DNA of 64,000 bases from an uncultured Chthonomonadaceae bacterium (GTDB taxonomy: Bacteria; Armatimonadota; Chthonomonadetes; Chthonomonadales; Chthonomonadaceae): contig CAWIEK010000053.1 of NCBI GenBank assembly GCA_963835065.1, forward strand, positions 448,001 to 512,000. Reading direction: 5' to 3'. The translations under genes and the position numbers were made by a program. This document shows, piece after piece, positions 1-10,238 of this stretch. The notes under the pieces were generated by a model, which was not told where the DNA came from, made no database searches, and was given only the letters and a program-made list of their open reading frames with translations. Within the stretch, counting starts at the first letter, position 1, and every line of letters starts with the position of its first letter.

Positions 1-110
1 CGCTCGCCCTCGTGTATGAGCGGCGCGGTTCGCTCGTACCCGGCATAATTTTACACGGCATCCACAACGGGCTGATTACATTGTTGGGGTTTGCAGTATT
101 TGGAAAGTGA
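1..110 (+). CDS. 3' end of a CPBP/Abi (CAAX protease-like) intramembrane metalloprotease, partial
   Basis: Frame from base 3 reads LALVYERRGSLVPGIILHGIHNGLITLLGFAVFGK*, matching the CPBP C-terminal Y-x-R-x-GSL...HxxxN motif. Confidence 0.7.
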   Translation, partial: LALVYERRGSLVPGIILHGIHNGLITLLGFAVFGK

Positions 111-117
111 TAAAGGA

Positions 118-198
118 TGAGGAAATGATGAGTGATGAGTGATGAGTGATGAATGGCGATTCTTATTCATCACTCATCATTCATCACTCATCATTCCT
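118..198. repeat. Inverted pair of tandem heptamer repeats (TGATGAG)n...(CTCATCA)n forming an intergenic hairpin
   Basis: Directly visible between the upstream stop and the purS RBS. Confidence 0.8.
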
Positions 199-215
199 CC
201 TGATAAGGAGACAAA

Positions 216-464
216 ATGGCGCAAGTAAAAGTGTTTGTGACGCTGAAGCCTACGCTGCTGGATGCGCAGGGGCGGGTGGTGCAGGAAGCCCTTCATTCGA
301 TGGGCTATGCGGATGTCAGCGAGGTGCGGATCGGCAAGTACATGGAACTGGAAGTCCGTGAGGACAAGGGGGGGGCGGGCGTGGAAGCGCAGGTGAAAGA
401 GATGTGCGACCGCCTGCTTGCCAACCCCGTGATTGAAAACTACCGCTACGAGGTGACAAAATGA
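216..464 (+). CDS. purS: Phosphoribosylformylglycinamidine synthase subunit PurS
   Basis: 82 aa; [16 protein letters not shown] and [14 protein letters not shown] motifs; AAGGAG RBS; overlaps purQ. Confidence 0.97.
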   Translation: MAQVKVFVTLKPTLLDAQGRVVQEALHSMGYADVSEVRIGKYMELEVREDKGGAGVEAQVKEMCDRLLANPVIENYRYEVTK

Positions 465-1210
465 CCGCAATCGCTATTCCCACGCCGCCGAAAACGGGTG
501 GACGCGCGCCGAAGTTCGCGGTTGTGCGCTTTCCTGGCTCCAACTGCGATCAGGACGCCTATTATGCGCTCAAAGACGTGCTGGGCGTACCTGTAGAATA
601 CGTGTGGCATCAGGATACGAGTTTGAAGGGCTATGACGTGGTGGTGCTGCCGGGCGGGTTCTCGTATGGCGATTATTTGCGCACGGGCGCGGTAGCGCGG
701 TTCGCGCCGATTATGGACGCGGTTCGCGCCCATGCGGAGCGGGGCGGGTTCGTGATCGGCATTTGCAACGGCTTTCAGGTGCTGTGCGAGGCGCATCTGC
801 TTCCGGGCGCATTGGTGCGCAACGCGGGCTGCAAGTTCGTGTGCAAGTTCGCCGGCCTGCGCGTGGAAAACAACCGGACGCCGTTCACCAGCGCGTACAA
901 AGCGGGGCAGGTGTTGCGTATCCCGGTGGCGCACGGTGAAGGCTGCTATGTGTGCGACGAGGCCACGCGGCTGGAACTGGAAGCGGGCGGGCGTATTTTG
1001 TTCCGCTACGTCAACGAACAGGGCGAACCGACAGCGAACGCCAACCTGAACGGCTCTCTGGACAGCATTGCCGGGATCGCCAACGCGCATTTCAACGTGA
1101 TCGGCCTGATGCCGCACCCGGAACGCGCCTGCGAGAAGATTTTAGGTTCCGCGGACGGACGCGGCATTTTCGCATCGGTGATACAGGCCACGCAGCTTGT
1201 TACAAAGTAG
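461..1210 (+). CDS. purQ: Phosphoribosylformylglycinamidine synthase subunit PurQ (glutaminase)
   Basis: [25 protein letters not shown] and MPHPER motifs. Confidence 0.98.
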   Translation: MTAIAIPTPPKTGGRAPKFAVVRFPGSNCDQDAYYALKDVLGVPVEYVWHQDTSLKGYDVVVLPGGFSYGDYLRTGAVARFAPIMDAVRAHAERGGFVIGICNGFQVLCEAHLLPGALVRNAGCKFVCKFAGLRVENNRTPFTSAYKAGQVLRIPVAHGEGCYVCDEATRLELEAGGRILFRYVNEQGEPTANANLNGSLDSIAGIANAHFNVIGLMPHPERACEKILGSADGRGIFASVIQATQLVTK

Positions 1211-1225
1211 CCGTTGTCATCTTTC

Positions 1226-1259
1226 GCAGGGTTCGCTTGGAAGCGAACCCTCTGCTTTT
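1226..1259 (+). terminator. Rho-independent terminator after purQ
   Basis: Stem AGGGTTCGCTT/AAGCGAACCCT followed by CTGCTTTT. Confidence 0.7.
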
Positions 1260-1880
1260 GCCGGTGCTGGCGACAAAGCAACCGAAGCCGTCCATCGTCA
1301 ATGTGCCTGTGACGCTCTGGCTGCTGTTGGTGACGGTGCGTTCGCTGCCAAGTCCGTCAAAGAGCGGCGTTTCCCCATCCTTCCTGACAAGTTCGTTCCC
1401 ATACGTGTAGGTGGCCGTTGTCGTGCCGCTCTGCTTCTCCAACAGCACTTGCCCGCCATCGTACAAGAAGTTCGTGGTTGTTCCCCCTGCCGTTCGGCTG
1501 GTTCTTCGGCCTGCCGCATCGTAAGCGAAACTCACGACATTGCTGCCCTGCGTGATGGACGTGCAGTTGCCGTTGCTGTCATAACCATACGTCTTGTTCG
1601 TCCCTCCACTAATGCCCGTCAGCTTGTCATGGGCATCATAGGAGTACGTATCCGTGACACTGTTCAACGTTCTGGTATGACAGTTGTGGTTGTGGTCATA
1701 CGTGAAGGCAAGCGTATACCCTAAACCGTTTCCGTTGCTTCGGCTTTCTCCCGTGAGTTGGTCGGCGGTGTCATAGCCGAACGTGGTCACATCGCCATTG
1801 GTGTCCGTTCGTGTGGACACATTGCTGGCGTTGTCATAGCCGTAGTTGTAGTGGGCTAAGACGTTGGCGCTGCTGTCCTT
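1260..1880 (-). pseudogene. Orphan Rhs core fragment 7, chimeric, no CT
   Basis: 1555-1880 matches the local Rhs core (TDTNGDVTTFGYD...YDAHDKLTG). It then switches to a different Rhs core type (SFAYDAAGRRTSRT...LFDGLGSER) and ends near the purQ terminator. Confidence 0.85.
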
Positions 1881-1903
1881 AAGAGGCTGACATTCTCGCT
1901 GGA

Positions 1904-2326
1904 CTACATTTCTGGAGGTAGATTATGAACAGGATTAGAGCCAAGAGACGTAAGTATTCTGCTAGCAATAATGCTTAACTCTTCTTCCTGTTCGCTAATA
2001 GTTGGTTCTGTTGCCAATCGCACCAGTTCCGGACGCAAGCGATGAGCCAATTCCTCACATTCCTCAACAATGTGCAGTAGTATCCAGTACTTCCAGACAG
2101 CATCATTGGTATTTAGCACACGACGCACTTCAGAAACTAAAGGGACTCCAATCGTCGCCAGAAAAGGAGACAGTACCTGCGCGACGGGCCAATTATAGTC
2201 TTGTAGCCATTCCATAAGTTTTGGCAAGATTGGCGCGATTGTAGGGTACCCCAGAGCAATAATGGAGTTGGCTTTATCAGTATCACCTTTATCTTGTGGA
2301 AGCAGAGCCTTGAAATCATCTATCAT
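1904..2326 (-). CDS. DUF5071-like protein, candidate cytoplasmic immunity protein
   Basis: LLPQDKGD...LPKLMEWLQDYNWPVA...DAVWKYWIL motif; ATG at 2326 with GGAG RBS; no signal peptide. Confidence 0.75.
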   Translation of the reverse strand: MIDDFKALLPQDKGDTDKANSIIALGYPTIAPILPKLMEWLQDYNWPVAQVLSPFLATIGVPLVSEVRRVLNTNDAVWKYWILLHIVEECEELAHRLRPELVRLATEPTISEQEEELSIIASRILTSLGSNPVHNLPPEM

Positions 2327-2481
2327 TATAACGCTCCTATGCGGATCAAATTGCGCCTGATACCCGCTTGCTTGCTTAACGACGTTAAAACACTGCGCTG
2401 AAAGTAGAATTCGTCTGCAAAGATTAGCGTTGCAGTCCATGAAGACGGTTTTATGTTCCAGAACAGTACGCTGGCAAACAC

Positions 2482-2583
2482 CTAGTACTCCATCAAGGTA
2501 GAACGCAGGGATAAATTTTGAGCCATTCGGCGTACCGCTAACCTCAAAAGCTATCCCTAGAAACTACCTTGATGGAGTACTAG
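2482..2583. mobile_element. Miniature inverted-repeat element (MITE-like, possibly IS701-related)
   Basis: Perfect 20-bp terminal IR CTAGTACTCCATCAAGGTAG / CTACCTTGATGGAGTACTAG including a CTAG at each end, plus an inner 14/16 IR. The family link is inferred from the CTAG target. Confidence 0.7.
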
Positions 2584-2731
2584 CGCAAGTCGAGCAACAC
2601 CACAGAACTTGCATACTATGAGCCTAATTGTTGTGGTGCCAACTTCATAGTATGCTCAAGTATGGTTAAATTTAGATTATGCACCCGCCCAGTACAATCA
2701 GGCGGTCATCCACAGATGGAAGACGTAGTAA

Positions 2732-2837
2732 CTGATGTTACGCAGCCAGGTTATTCGTTGAGATTGAACGCGCCGCTGTTGATCTGCAACACAATGCCGC
2801 TTCTTATCTCATAACACGCTCACCTGCGTAACATCAG
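2732..2837. mobile_element. Miniature inverted-repeat element
   Basis: Perfect 14-bp IR CTGATGTTACGCAG (2732-2745) / CTGCGTAACATCAG (2824-2837); partly self-complementary interior; no clean TSD. Confidence 0.55.
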
Positions 2838-3881
2838 AGAGTAACTAAATTCTCCATTCCTTTTTTGCGGCGGCTTTTGCTTAGGTTTTGGAACTGTGCC
2901 GGTTCCAATAATTGCGTCACGCACTTCAGTGGTACGCCGGTGGGGTTGGGGGGATGCCCCTTGCCGCGTGTGTCAGCCCACTCATCTAGTTCTTTCTGAG
3001 TCGGGGGCCGAATAGATACGTGCCCATCGCTTGACCTATGATTCTCCAAGCCCTTTAATTTGTCAATGTCAATTATCTGATATTTTTCGCCAGGCTTTGC
3101 GGCCTTTTCGGGGGTGTCATAGGTGGACAATCCGCGCTTTGGACCTTGCGTATCCTTCCCTGGCCGCGGTGTGAGATTATCATCAGAACTTGAACCACCT
3201 CGATAGACTCTCTTCTCTAGCCCTTCAGGATCAGTATCTTCAAGCGGGTTATTGTCGCAGTAGGCGTACTAGTTGGTTCCGTCCTGAATGGGGTCTTGGC
3301 TAAGGAACCTGCCGATGGAGGGGTCGTAGTAGCGGTGTCCAAGCAATTGCAGGCTGCTGTCGCTGTCGCTCTGGTACTGAGACTTTCCGACAAAGCCGAA
3401 GGGAGTAGGCGTAGTTCCGGTTCTGCTCAGGGTGTTGCCGAACGCATCGTAGAGCATACTGTCGGTGACGGCTTGGGTGCTGTCGGTGATGCCTCGTGTG
3501 CTGCCAAGCGCATCGGCGTGAAGGAACTTGCTCGCGCTTCCTCTTCGTTCCGACAGGCCGGGTGTGTACACAGCAGCTACCGTCTTTGAGAACCGCGCTT
3601 GCCGGAGAGGAACCGTCACAAACATAGTTCTTCGTGCCAGCTGCTGTCTACCTTCTGCGTTCTGCAAGTCTTCGCCATTGTAGGCAAAACTGTTCGTTGT
3701 GCTGCCTGGGTAGGTGATGGCTGTGACGCGGTTTTCCACATCATACGTGAGGCTGGTAACGCTGCTGCCAACGGTAACGGACGTGCAGTTGCCGTTGCTG
3801 TCGTAGCCATAGCTCTTGTTCGTGCCTCCGCTAATGCCCGTCAGCTTGTCATGGGCATCGTAGCTGTACGTGTCCGTGACC
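2834..3881 (-). pseudogene. Orphan Rhs module 6: core fragment + Tse2-like ADP-ribosyltransferase CT, with a nonsense codon
   Basis: TGG>TAG at 3269-3271 (NWYAY in the other copies). The same frame continues DPEGL-EKRVYRGG...GLSTYDT...GHVSIRP, an R-S-H pattern like Tse2. There are also compensating indels near 3580-3665. Confidence 0.75.
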
Positions 3882-3923
3882 GCGCTCCCGTACCCATTAC
3901 AGATTAACTCGATACGAACCTTA

Positions 3924-5284
3924 GGGTCCGTAAAAGTATAAGTTCCCGAATGGGGTAAACTCAGAGGTATGAATACTCCTCTTCCCGAACCTATCCCGCC
4001 GCTACATCGGTGTTCCTGCGCGGCTTGCAGCACCCAAGCCGAGACACCCCTCGCGCACTATCATCAGCAGATCAACCTGCTGCTCAGTCGGCTCAATGAA
4101 CCGCAACGCCGCTGGTATGTCGGTTCGCTGTCCCTCGCGCCCAACGCGCCTACCGATGGCGAACTCGCCCTTATTACCGGCTTGGACGAGAAAACCATCC
4201 GCCGCGGCAGGCGCGAACTGCAAGCCGACCTGACCACAGTTCCCGCCGACCGTCTGCGTCACGAAGGGGGCGGGCAACCTGCCGCTGAAAAAAAGACGCG
4301 ACCTTAGAAGCCGATCTCGTGGCAGCCGTCGAACCGCATACGGCGGGCGATCCGATGAACGCCACCAAGTGGCTCAACGTGCGCTTACGGGACTTGCAAG
4401 CGCACTTGCAGGAGAAAGCCCACACCGTCAGCCTGACGACCTTGAGCCGCTTGCTCAAAAAACGCGACTATCGCCTGCGCGCCAATGTCAAGGAGCGCGA
4501 AGCCAGCAACCCGCCCGAACGCGACACGCAGTTTGTCTACTTGCAGGGCCAGCGCGAAGCGTTTGTGGCGGCAGGCCAGCCTGTTTTGTCTCTGGACACC
4601 AAGAAGAAGGAACTGCTCGGCGACTTCAAGAATGGGGGACGCATCTGGTGTCAAGAAGCCGAAGTCGTCAATGTGCATGACTTTCCCTCTGCGGGTGTCG
4701 GACGGGCGGTTCCTTATGGCGTCTATGACCTGGCTCACAATCTCGCCACCGTGTACGTGGGGCAGTCTGCCGACACGGGAGAGTTCGCCGTAGACAATCT
4801 GGCACACTGGTGCGCCACCGAACTGCCCGCGCGCTACCCGAAGGCTACGTCCTTGCTGCTGCACAGCGACTGTGGCGGCAGCAACGGCAACCGCTGCAAG
4901 TTGTGGAAGCAACAGTTGCAGGACAAGATTGCCGACCGTTTCGGCCTGGACGTGACCGTGTGCCATCTGCCGACCGGTTGCTCGAAGTGGAACCCGATTG
5001 AACACCGCGTCTTCAGCGAGATCAGCAAGACGTGGGCCGGGTGTCCGTTGCGCGATTATGACACCGTGCTGGACTACTTGCGCCAGACAACAACGGCAAC
5101 GGGCCTCAAAGTCACGGCGCATCTGGTGACGCAGGTGTACCAAAAAGGCATCCAGATAGCCGACGATGTGATGAAGGCACTGAACCTGACGGCGCATGAA
5201 GTGTGTCCGCAATGGAACTACACCTTGCGTCCAAGACAAACCGTTATGCCCGCTTGATTCGGGAACTTATACTTTTACAGACCC
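3924..5284 (+). mobile_element. ISAzo13-family insertion sequence, complete
   Basis: 28-bp TIRs with 1 mismatch (GGGTCCGTAAAAGTATAAGTTCCCGAAT, 3924-3951; 5257-5284). 3-bp TSD TTA, which is the stop codon of the adjacent gene. Confidence 0.92.
3969..5257 (+). CDS. ISAzo13-family DDE transposase (two ORFs, probable -1 frameshift at the A7G run near 4288-4294)
   Basis: ORFs 3969-4307 (LNEPQRRWY...TIRRGRREL) and 4319-5257 (SLDTKKKEL, HDFP, DCGGSNG, SKWNPIEHR, WNYTL). Confidence 0.9.
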
Positions 5285-5827
5285 TTAGTGTTGAAACGCA
5301 TTTATGATGCTTGCTGGGGTGTCTTCCCGGTTAGCAACGTAAACTTCGTCATAGATTTTGATGGAACTTCCACTAAGGAATTCAAACGACATTTCACCTT
5401 CTTCCACAAAGGCTACGACACCATAACCGGTGATTTGTTTGCAGCCGTTACTTTCGCGCATTGTCAAGATGCGGTCAGCAACGCGAAAATTATTCTTTTT
5501 ACCTCGATTAGTGAAGTAAAGTCCTCCGCGTAACCCCATAACTATCATTTTATCGGGTGTCATTCTTGCGAGATGTTCGGTAATGTTCTGCGTCTGAGGC
5601 TCATTCACCTGCCGCAGTTCATCAATGCGCGCACGCAACTTTGATAATTGCAGTTCCAAGCGCGTAATTTGCTTTGTATCTAAGGCTTTGACACGTTCCA
5701 ACTTTTTCTGGCTGCCAACTTGTACGGTAGTTCCTATGCTTCCTTGTCCCGCATGTGTAGGCAGAGTCAAAGTCCAGAAACAAACCGATAGGAAACAGAT
5801 GCACGTATATTGTTTTTGCTTCGTCAT
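5285..5827 (-). CDS. Secreted coiled-coil + small beta-domain protein, candidate immunity for module 5
   Basis: ATG at 5827 with GGAG RBS; signal peptide ending PTHA; homologous to 12871-13413 (NRGKKN, GxGxV, DEVYxxNRxD). Confidence 0.75.
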   Translation of the reverse strand: MTKQKQYTCICFLSVCFWTLTLPTHAGQGSIGTTVQVGSQKKLERVKALDTKQITRLELQLSKLRARIDELRQVNEPQTQNITEHLARMTPDKMIVMGLRGGLYFTNRGKKNNFRVADRILTMRESNGCKQITGYGVVAFVEEGEMSFEFLSGSSIKIYDEVYVANREDTPASIINAFQH

Positions 5828-5839
5828 GCCTAACTCCAA

Positions 5840-6111
5840 ACTCAATTTGATACCCGTCAGGTGTCTACTTCAAAATGCTATCCCATCAAATATACGTAGA
5901 TTTGACGCTTCTGACAGAATTGTTACCCATTCTGGAGTTGATCGTCTGCTAAAGACTTCGTAAGAGCCCACTGGATACTCAACAAACATGCAGGGGTCGT
6001 CAGGCTCTCGTAAATGTGTGTCCATTTTAGCCGTTACATATTTACCTGATCCAGTCTGAAAGCAGTCAGAAAAGGCTGAAAAGCAGACTCATGACTGATA
6101 TCAAATTGAGT
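5840..6111. mobile_element. MITE-like element with 5-bp TSD
   Basis: TIR ACTCAATTTGATA / TATCAAATTGAGT (extends imperfectly to about 20 bp), flanked on both sides by TCCAA. Confidence 0.7.
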
Positions 6112-6204
6112 TCCAATTACATCAAGACAGAATTAGCTTTGTTGAAAAATCAACAGCAGTATCTCGTAGAGGATTAAGAGAATCCATTACGTTCAAACAA
6201 GTTT

Positions 6205-7687
6205 CTACTTGGGAAATGTTCTCTTCATACCTCCATCCGTTGGTGTCAGGATGTGTGGGCGCGAATCTTTCATCGGAATCCATTTTCCATTTTCGTCTTT
6301 TATAGCCCACCACTGATGTTGATTATCTGCCGATCCTCCCTTCGATGGCTTGACTCCGCCATGGTAGTCTGAGAAGGGTGGCGAAGACCATGGGGGCGCA
6401 CCTGGGACTGGTTGTTGGGTAGAGTTATCCCACGGCTTCATTATGTCCCAAGTGCGATCTTTGGGAATTTTCCCGTTTTTACTGTCAGATTGTTTGGTGA
6501 CAATTTCCCCTATGCCAAGGATTTCCCCAGGATAGGGATCTCCATGTTGATCTACGATAATCATAGGCCACTCAGTCCAAAAAGTGTTGGGGGTCGGATA
6601 GATGGTGACAGGAGGCTTCTTAGGGTCAGCAACCGCTTTCCATGGGTATGATGGCTCGCCTTTCTTGACGCCTTTTTTAGGAGGAACAATGCTTCCGTCC
6701 AAACCTTCAGCATCCGTTTCGTCTAGCGGATTGTTGTCACAGTAGGCGTACCAGTTGGTTCCAGCTTGAATGGGATCACAAGAGAGGAACCTGCCAATGG
6801 AGGGATCGTAGTACCTATGGCCCAACAACTGGAGGCTACTATCCGCGTCCGTCTGGTACTGCTTGCTGCCGACAAAGCCGAAGGGCGTGGGCGTGGTTCC
6901 GGTTCTACTGAGCGTGTTGCCGAACGCATCGTACAACATGCTGTCGGTAACTGTCTGCGTGCTGTCGGTGATGCCGCGTGTGCTGCCAAGCGCATCGGCA
7001 TGAAGGAACTTGCTCGCGCTGCCTCTTCTTTCCGACAAGCCGGGCGTGTAGACTGCCGCGCCATCCTTCAACACAGGGCTTGCCGGACTGCTGCCGTCGC
7101 AGACATAGTTCTTCGTGCCGCTGCTGTCTACCTTCTGCACTCGCAAGTCTTCGCCGTTGTAGGCAAAGCTGTTGGTTGCGCTGCCGGGGTACGTGATGCC
7201 TGTGACACGGTTCTCCACATCGTAAGTGAGGCTGGTGACGCTGCTGCCAACCGTAACGGACGTGCAGTTGCCGTTGCTGTCATAACCATACGTCTTGTTC
7301 GTCCCTCCACTAATGCCCGTCAGCTTGTCATGGGCATCGTAGCTGTACGTGTCCGTGACGCTGTTGAGAACTCTGGTATGGCGGTTGTGGTTGTGATCGT
7401 AAGTGAAGGCAAGCGTATAGCCTAAGCCATGTCCGTTGCCTCGGCTTTCTCCGGTGAGTTGATCGGCATTGTCATAGCCGAACGTGGTCACATCGCCATT
7501 GGTGTCCGTGCGGCTGGTCACATTGGAAGCGTTGTCATAGCCGTAGCTGAAGTGGGCTAAGACGTTGGCGCTGCTGTCCTTGTGCCAGACATCGGTGGTG
7601 CGGTTGGCGCTGTCGTAGCTGAACGTGGCTATGCTGCTGTTGGCGTTAGTCTGCGTGGTCAGCCGGTTCGCCGCATCGTAGCTCAGG
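6205..7687 (-). pseudogene. Orphan Rhs module 5: long core fragment + unrecognised CT (family X)
   Basis: Core from LSYDAANR to RYYDPSIGRFLS...NNPL...DAEGL, then a CT beginning DGSIVPPKKG and ending GGMKRTFPK. No native Rhs N-terminus. Confidence 0.85.
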
Positions 7688-7873
7688 TTCGCCAACACAA
7701 TTCTTTCCCATTTCGAGCAGTTGCGCGCATATCCCGCCGCGTTCCGCGAACGCCTGTACCTGGTGCATTGCGACGACGACATCCGCGAAAAGCGGGAACA
7801 AGCGGACTGGCAGCAGCAGCGTGCCGTCTCGTCCATGCGCCTAGTTTTCCCCCACGAACCGATTTCCTTTTAA
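7688..7873 (+). pseudogene. 3' fragment of a probable MBL-fold metallo-hydrolase gene
   Basis: Reads FANTILSHFEQLRAYPAAFRERLYLVHCDDDIREK...PISF*; host-like GC content; joined directly to the Rhs core at GCTCAGG. Confidence 0.45.
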
Positions 7874-7941
7874 CGCAAGCGAGTTGTACGCCACTGGCAG
7901 TAACATACCCGCTGGCTTGAAGGAATGGGGTAGGTCAATGT

Positions 7942-9015
7942 TCAGTTATGCTGAATATCTGTGGCAGAAGTGGAGTATGGCTCGAACAACAGTCTTCGAT
8001 GTGGGTAATCTATTGTAGTGCGAAGATACTTGTAAATCTTCCCTCCGTATGAACCATCGTACGGGGCTGAGGGATCCGCCGAGAGGCAAGCAAGCGAACG
8101 AATACGCAAACCCGCAAATGCAAAGGTGACATGCGGCACACAATCTACTTTCTCTTTAGGGGAACCGGTAATGCCCCGCCCGATGGTTCCTCGGAGGCGT
8201 TTTTTGTTGCGCAAGTATTTTTTGCCGAATGCAGGCTTCAGGCAAATGGTAGGATTGCCCGTGTCAAACAGGCAGTGTGCAGGCCGTCCTTCAATAGTCA
8301 GCGCAAATACAGGAAGGCCAGCACTAAATGCGTTGACATCGCGCCATACGAAATCGGAGACAAAGTGGCTCTTGTCGGGAGTGATAGAGCGCGTGCTGTA
8401 GTGTGGTGAGCGCAGGATCAACTGCTTTTGCTGCCAATCTCTGGTAAGTACCACCTCTTGAAACGCGAGTGTGCCAAGTATCATGACGTTGGAGGGTTCA
8501 TTTGTACGGCCAGACGACTTCTCTTTGAGTTCATAATCGCCAATCTGTATCGTTGGCAGCCGTACTTCCCTCCCCCGGTGTATACTGCCATCCGCCCACG
8601 AATAGGTGACGCCTTTGGTAATCTGCTTGCCTTTTAGACCGAGTGATTTGGGCCAAGTGATCCCATTGGTGCCGGTATCTACCATGCAGTCCACTTGCTT
8701 GCCTGAAACCCTTGCCTTGACAAAGATGCAATCCTCGCGCACAAAGAATGGAACCCGTACTTCGTTGTCCGGCAGAGAGGAATGGAGAACAGCGCCCCTT
8801 CTGGAAAATATACTGTTGTTCTTACCAACAACAGCAGGGGAGGGAGATACAGCAGTAGGCAGGTCACTTTGGCAGCAATCTTCGTTTGGGTGTTTCGTAA
8901 TCTGAGCAAAACACGAGTGGTTTTGACTGAGAACGATGCAAAAGAAGGCGCTTACACAGCCAAATGCCCACGCTATGATGTTACGCTTGTGCAAGCAAGA
9001 GTGAAGTAAGTGCAA
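7942..9015 (-). CDS. Secreted two-domain retropepsin-like aspartyl protease (immunity position of module 4)
   Basis: Two DTG motifs (CMVDTGT, CLFDTGN), ILG and TIDY motifs, hydrophobic signal segment. TTG at 9015 follows AAGGAG; the start is uncertain (ORF open to 9183). Confidence 0.8.
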   Translation of the reverse strand: MHLLHSCLHKRNIIAWAFGCVSAFFCIVLSQNHSCFAQITKHPNEDCCQSDLPTAVSPSPAVVGKNNSIFSRRGAVLHSSLPDNEVRVPFFVREDCIFVKARVSGKQVDCMVDTGTNGITWPKSLGLKGKQITKGVTYSWADGSIHRGREVRLPTIQIGDYELKEKSSGRTNEPSNVMILGTLAFQEVVLTRDWQQKQLILRSPHYSTRSITPDKSHFVSDFVWRDVNAFSAGLPVFALTIEGRPAHCLFDTGNPTICLKPAFGKKYLRNKKRLRGTIGRGITGSPKEKVDCVPHVTFAFAGLRIRSLACLSADPSAPYDGSYGGKIYKYLRTTIDYPHRRLLFEPYSTSATDIQHN

Positions 9016-9176
9016 GTTGAAGTCTCCTTGAGCAAGCTTGGGAAGAAGTACAAACAATCTTCCTCCCAAACTTGTTGAGGGAAACACATTCGATGCTGTG
9101 TTTCGTTTACACGTCGGTTGTCGAGTGGCTTTAGCATTTGTATCTTTGTCAGAAAAGACTAAGGATACTCCTTCCG

Positions 9177-10238
9177 CTACCACTGGTGTCCAAAGATGTC
9201 GTTGATGATTTCGTTAAACCAGTTAGACTTTCCCCCTGCCTCAGGAGACGGAAGAGGCAGAACTGAGCCTCTTTGTCTCGGCGGCGTAATTGGTCCGGGC
9301 AGTACTCCGGGGCTAAGGTCCCCTGCTCTTGGAGGTGTGCCTTGTCTCGGCGGAGTGCCTTGTCTTGGCGGAGTGCCTTGTCTTGGCGGAGTGCCTTTCT
9401 GCGGTGGGGTTCCTTTCTGCGGTGGTCCAATGTTCACATTACCACCAGCTTTGAGGTCTATGTCTGCGTCTCCAGGCAATGAAGGGAGGTTGATATCGTG
9501 TCCACTTGTGATGCGGATGTGACGGCGCGGTGGGCGTGGGCCACCTAAATTACCTCCACTACCTGAGCCACGTCCGCCACGTCCTTTCTTTCGTTTCGGC
9601 GCGAGACCTAGAGGATCTATATCCGTGAGTGGGTTGTTATCACAGTAAGCGTACCAATTGTCACCGTCCTGGATGGGGTCTTGACTGAGGAACCTGCCGA
9701 TGGAAGGGTCGTAGTAGCGGTGTCCAAGCAACTGCAAGCCACTGTCGCTGTCGCTCTGGTACTGCTCACTGCCGACAAAGCCGAACGGAGTTGGGGTTGT
9801 GCCTGTTCTACTGAGCGTGTTGCCGAACGCATCGTACAACATACTGTCGGTAACGGCCTGAGCTGCTGTCGGTGATGCCTCTGGTGCTGCCAAGCGCATC
9901 GGCATGAAGGAACTTGCTCGCGCTTCCCCTTCGTTCCGACAGGCCAGCCGTGTACACTGCCGCTCCGTCCTTCAAGACTGCGCTTGCGGGAGTGTCGCCA
10001 TCACAAACGTAGTTCTTGGTTCCGCTGCTGTCTACCTTCTGTGTCCGCAAGTCTTCGCCGTTGTAGGCAAAGCTGTTGGTGGCAGAACCTGGGTAGGTGA
10101 TGCCCACAACCCGGTTCTCCACATCGTAAGTGAGGCTGGTGACGCTGCTACCAACGGTCACGGACGTGCAGTTGCCGTTGCTGTCGTAGCCATAGGTCTT
10201 GTTCGTCCCTCCACTTATGCCCGTCAGCTTGTCATGGA
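9177..10238 (-). pseudogene. Orphan Rhs module 4: core fragment (frameshift near 9860) + Pro/Gly/Arg-rich CT
   Basis: DPLGL followed by APKRKKGRGGRG...(PPxxGT)n...WFNEIINDIFGHQW. Confidence 0.85.
9331..9425 (-). repeat. About five tandem 18-bp repeats encoding PP(Q/R)(K/Q)GT inside the CT
   Basis: GGCGGAGTGCCTTGTCTT-like units on the + strand. Confidence 0.85.

Noticed and set aside
2595..2671. Hairpin ending in GTTAAAT as an integron attC site
   Set aside because: No matching RYYYAAC at the left end, not repeated after other cassettes, and no integrase in the window.
9331..9425. Short repeats here and in intergenic regions as CRISPR arrays
   Set aside because: Tandem units without unique spacers, and no cas genes.
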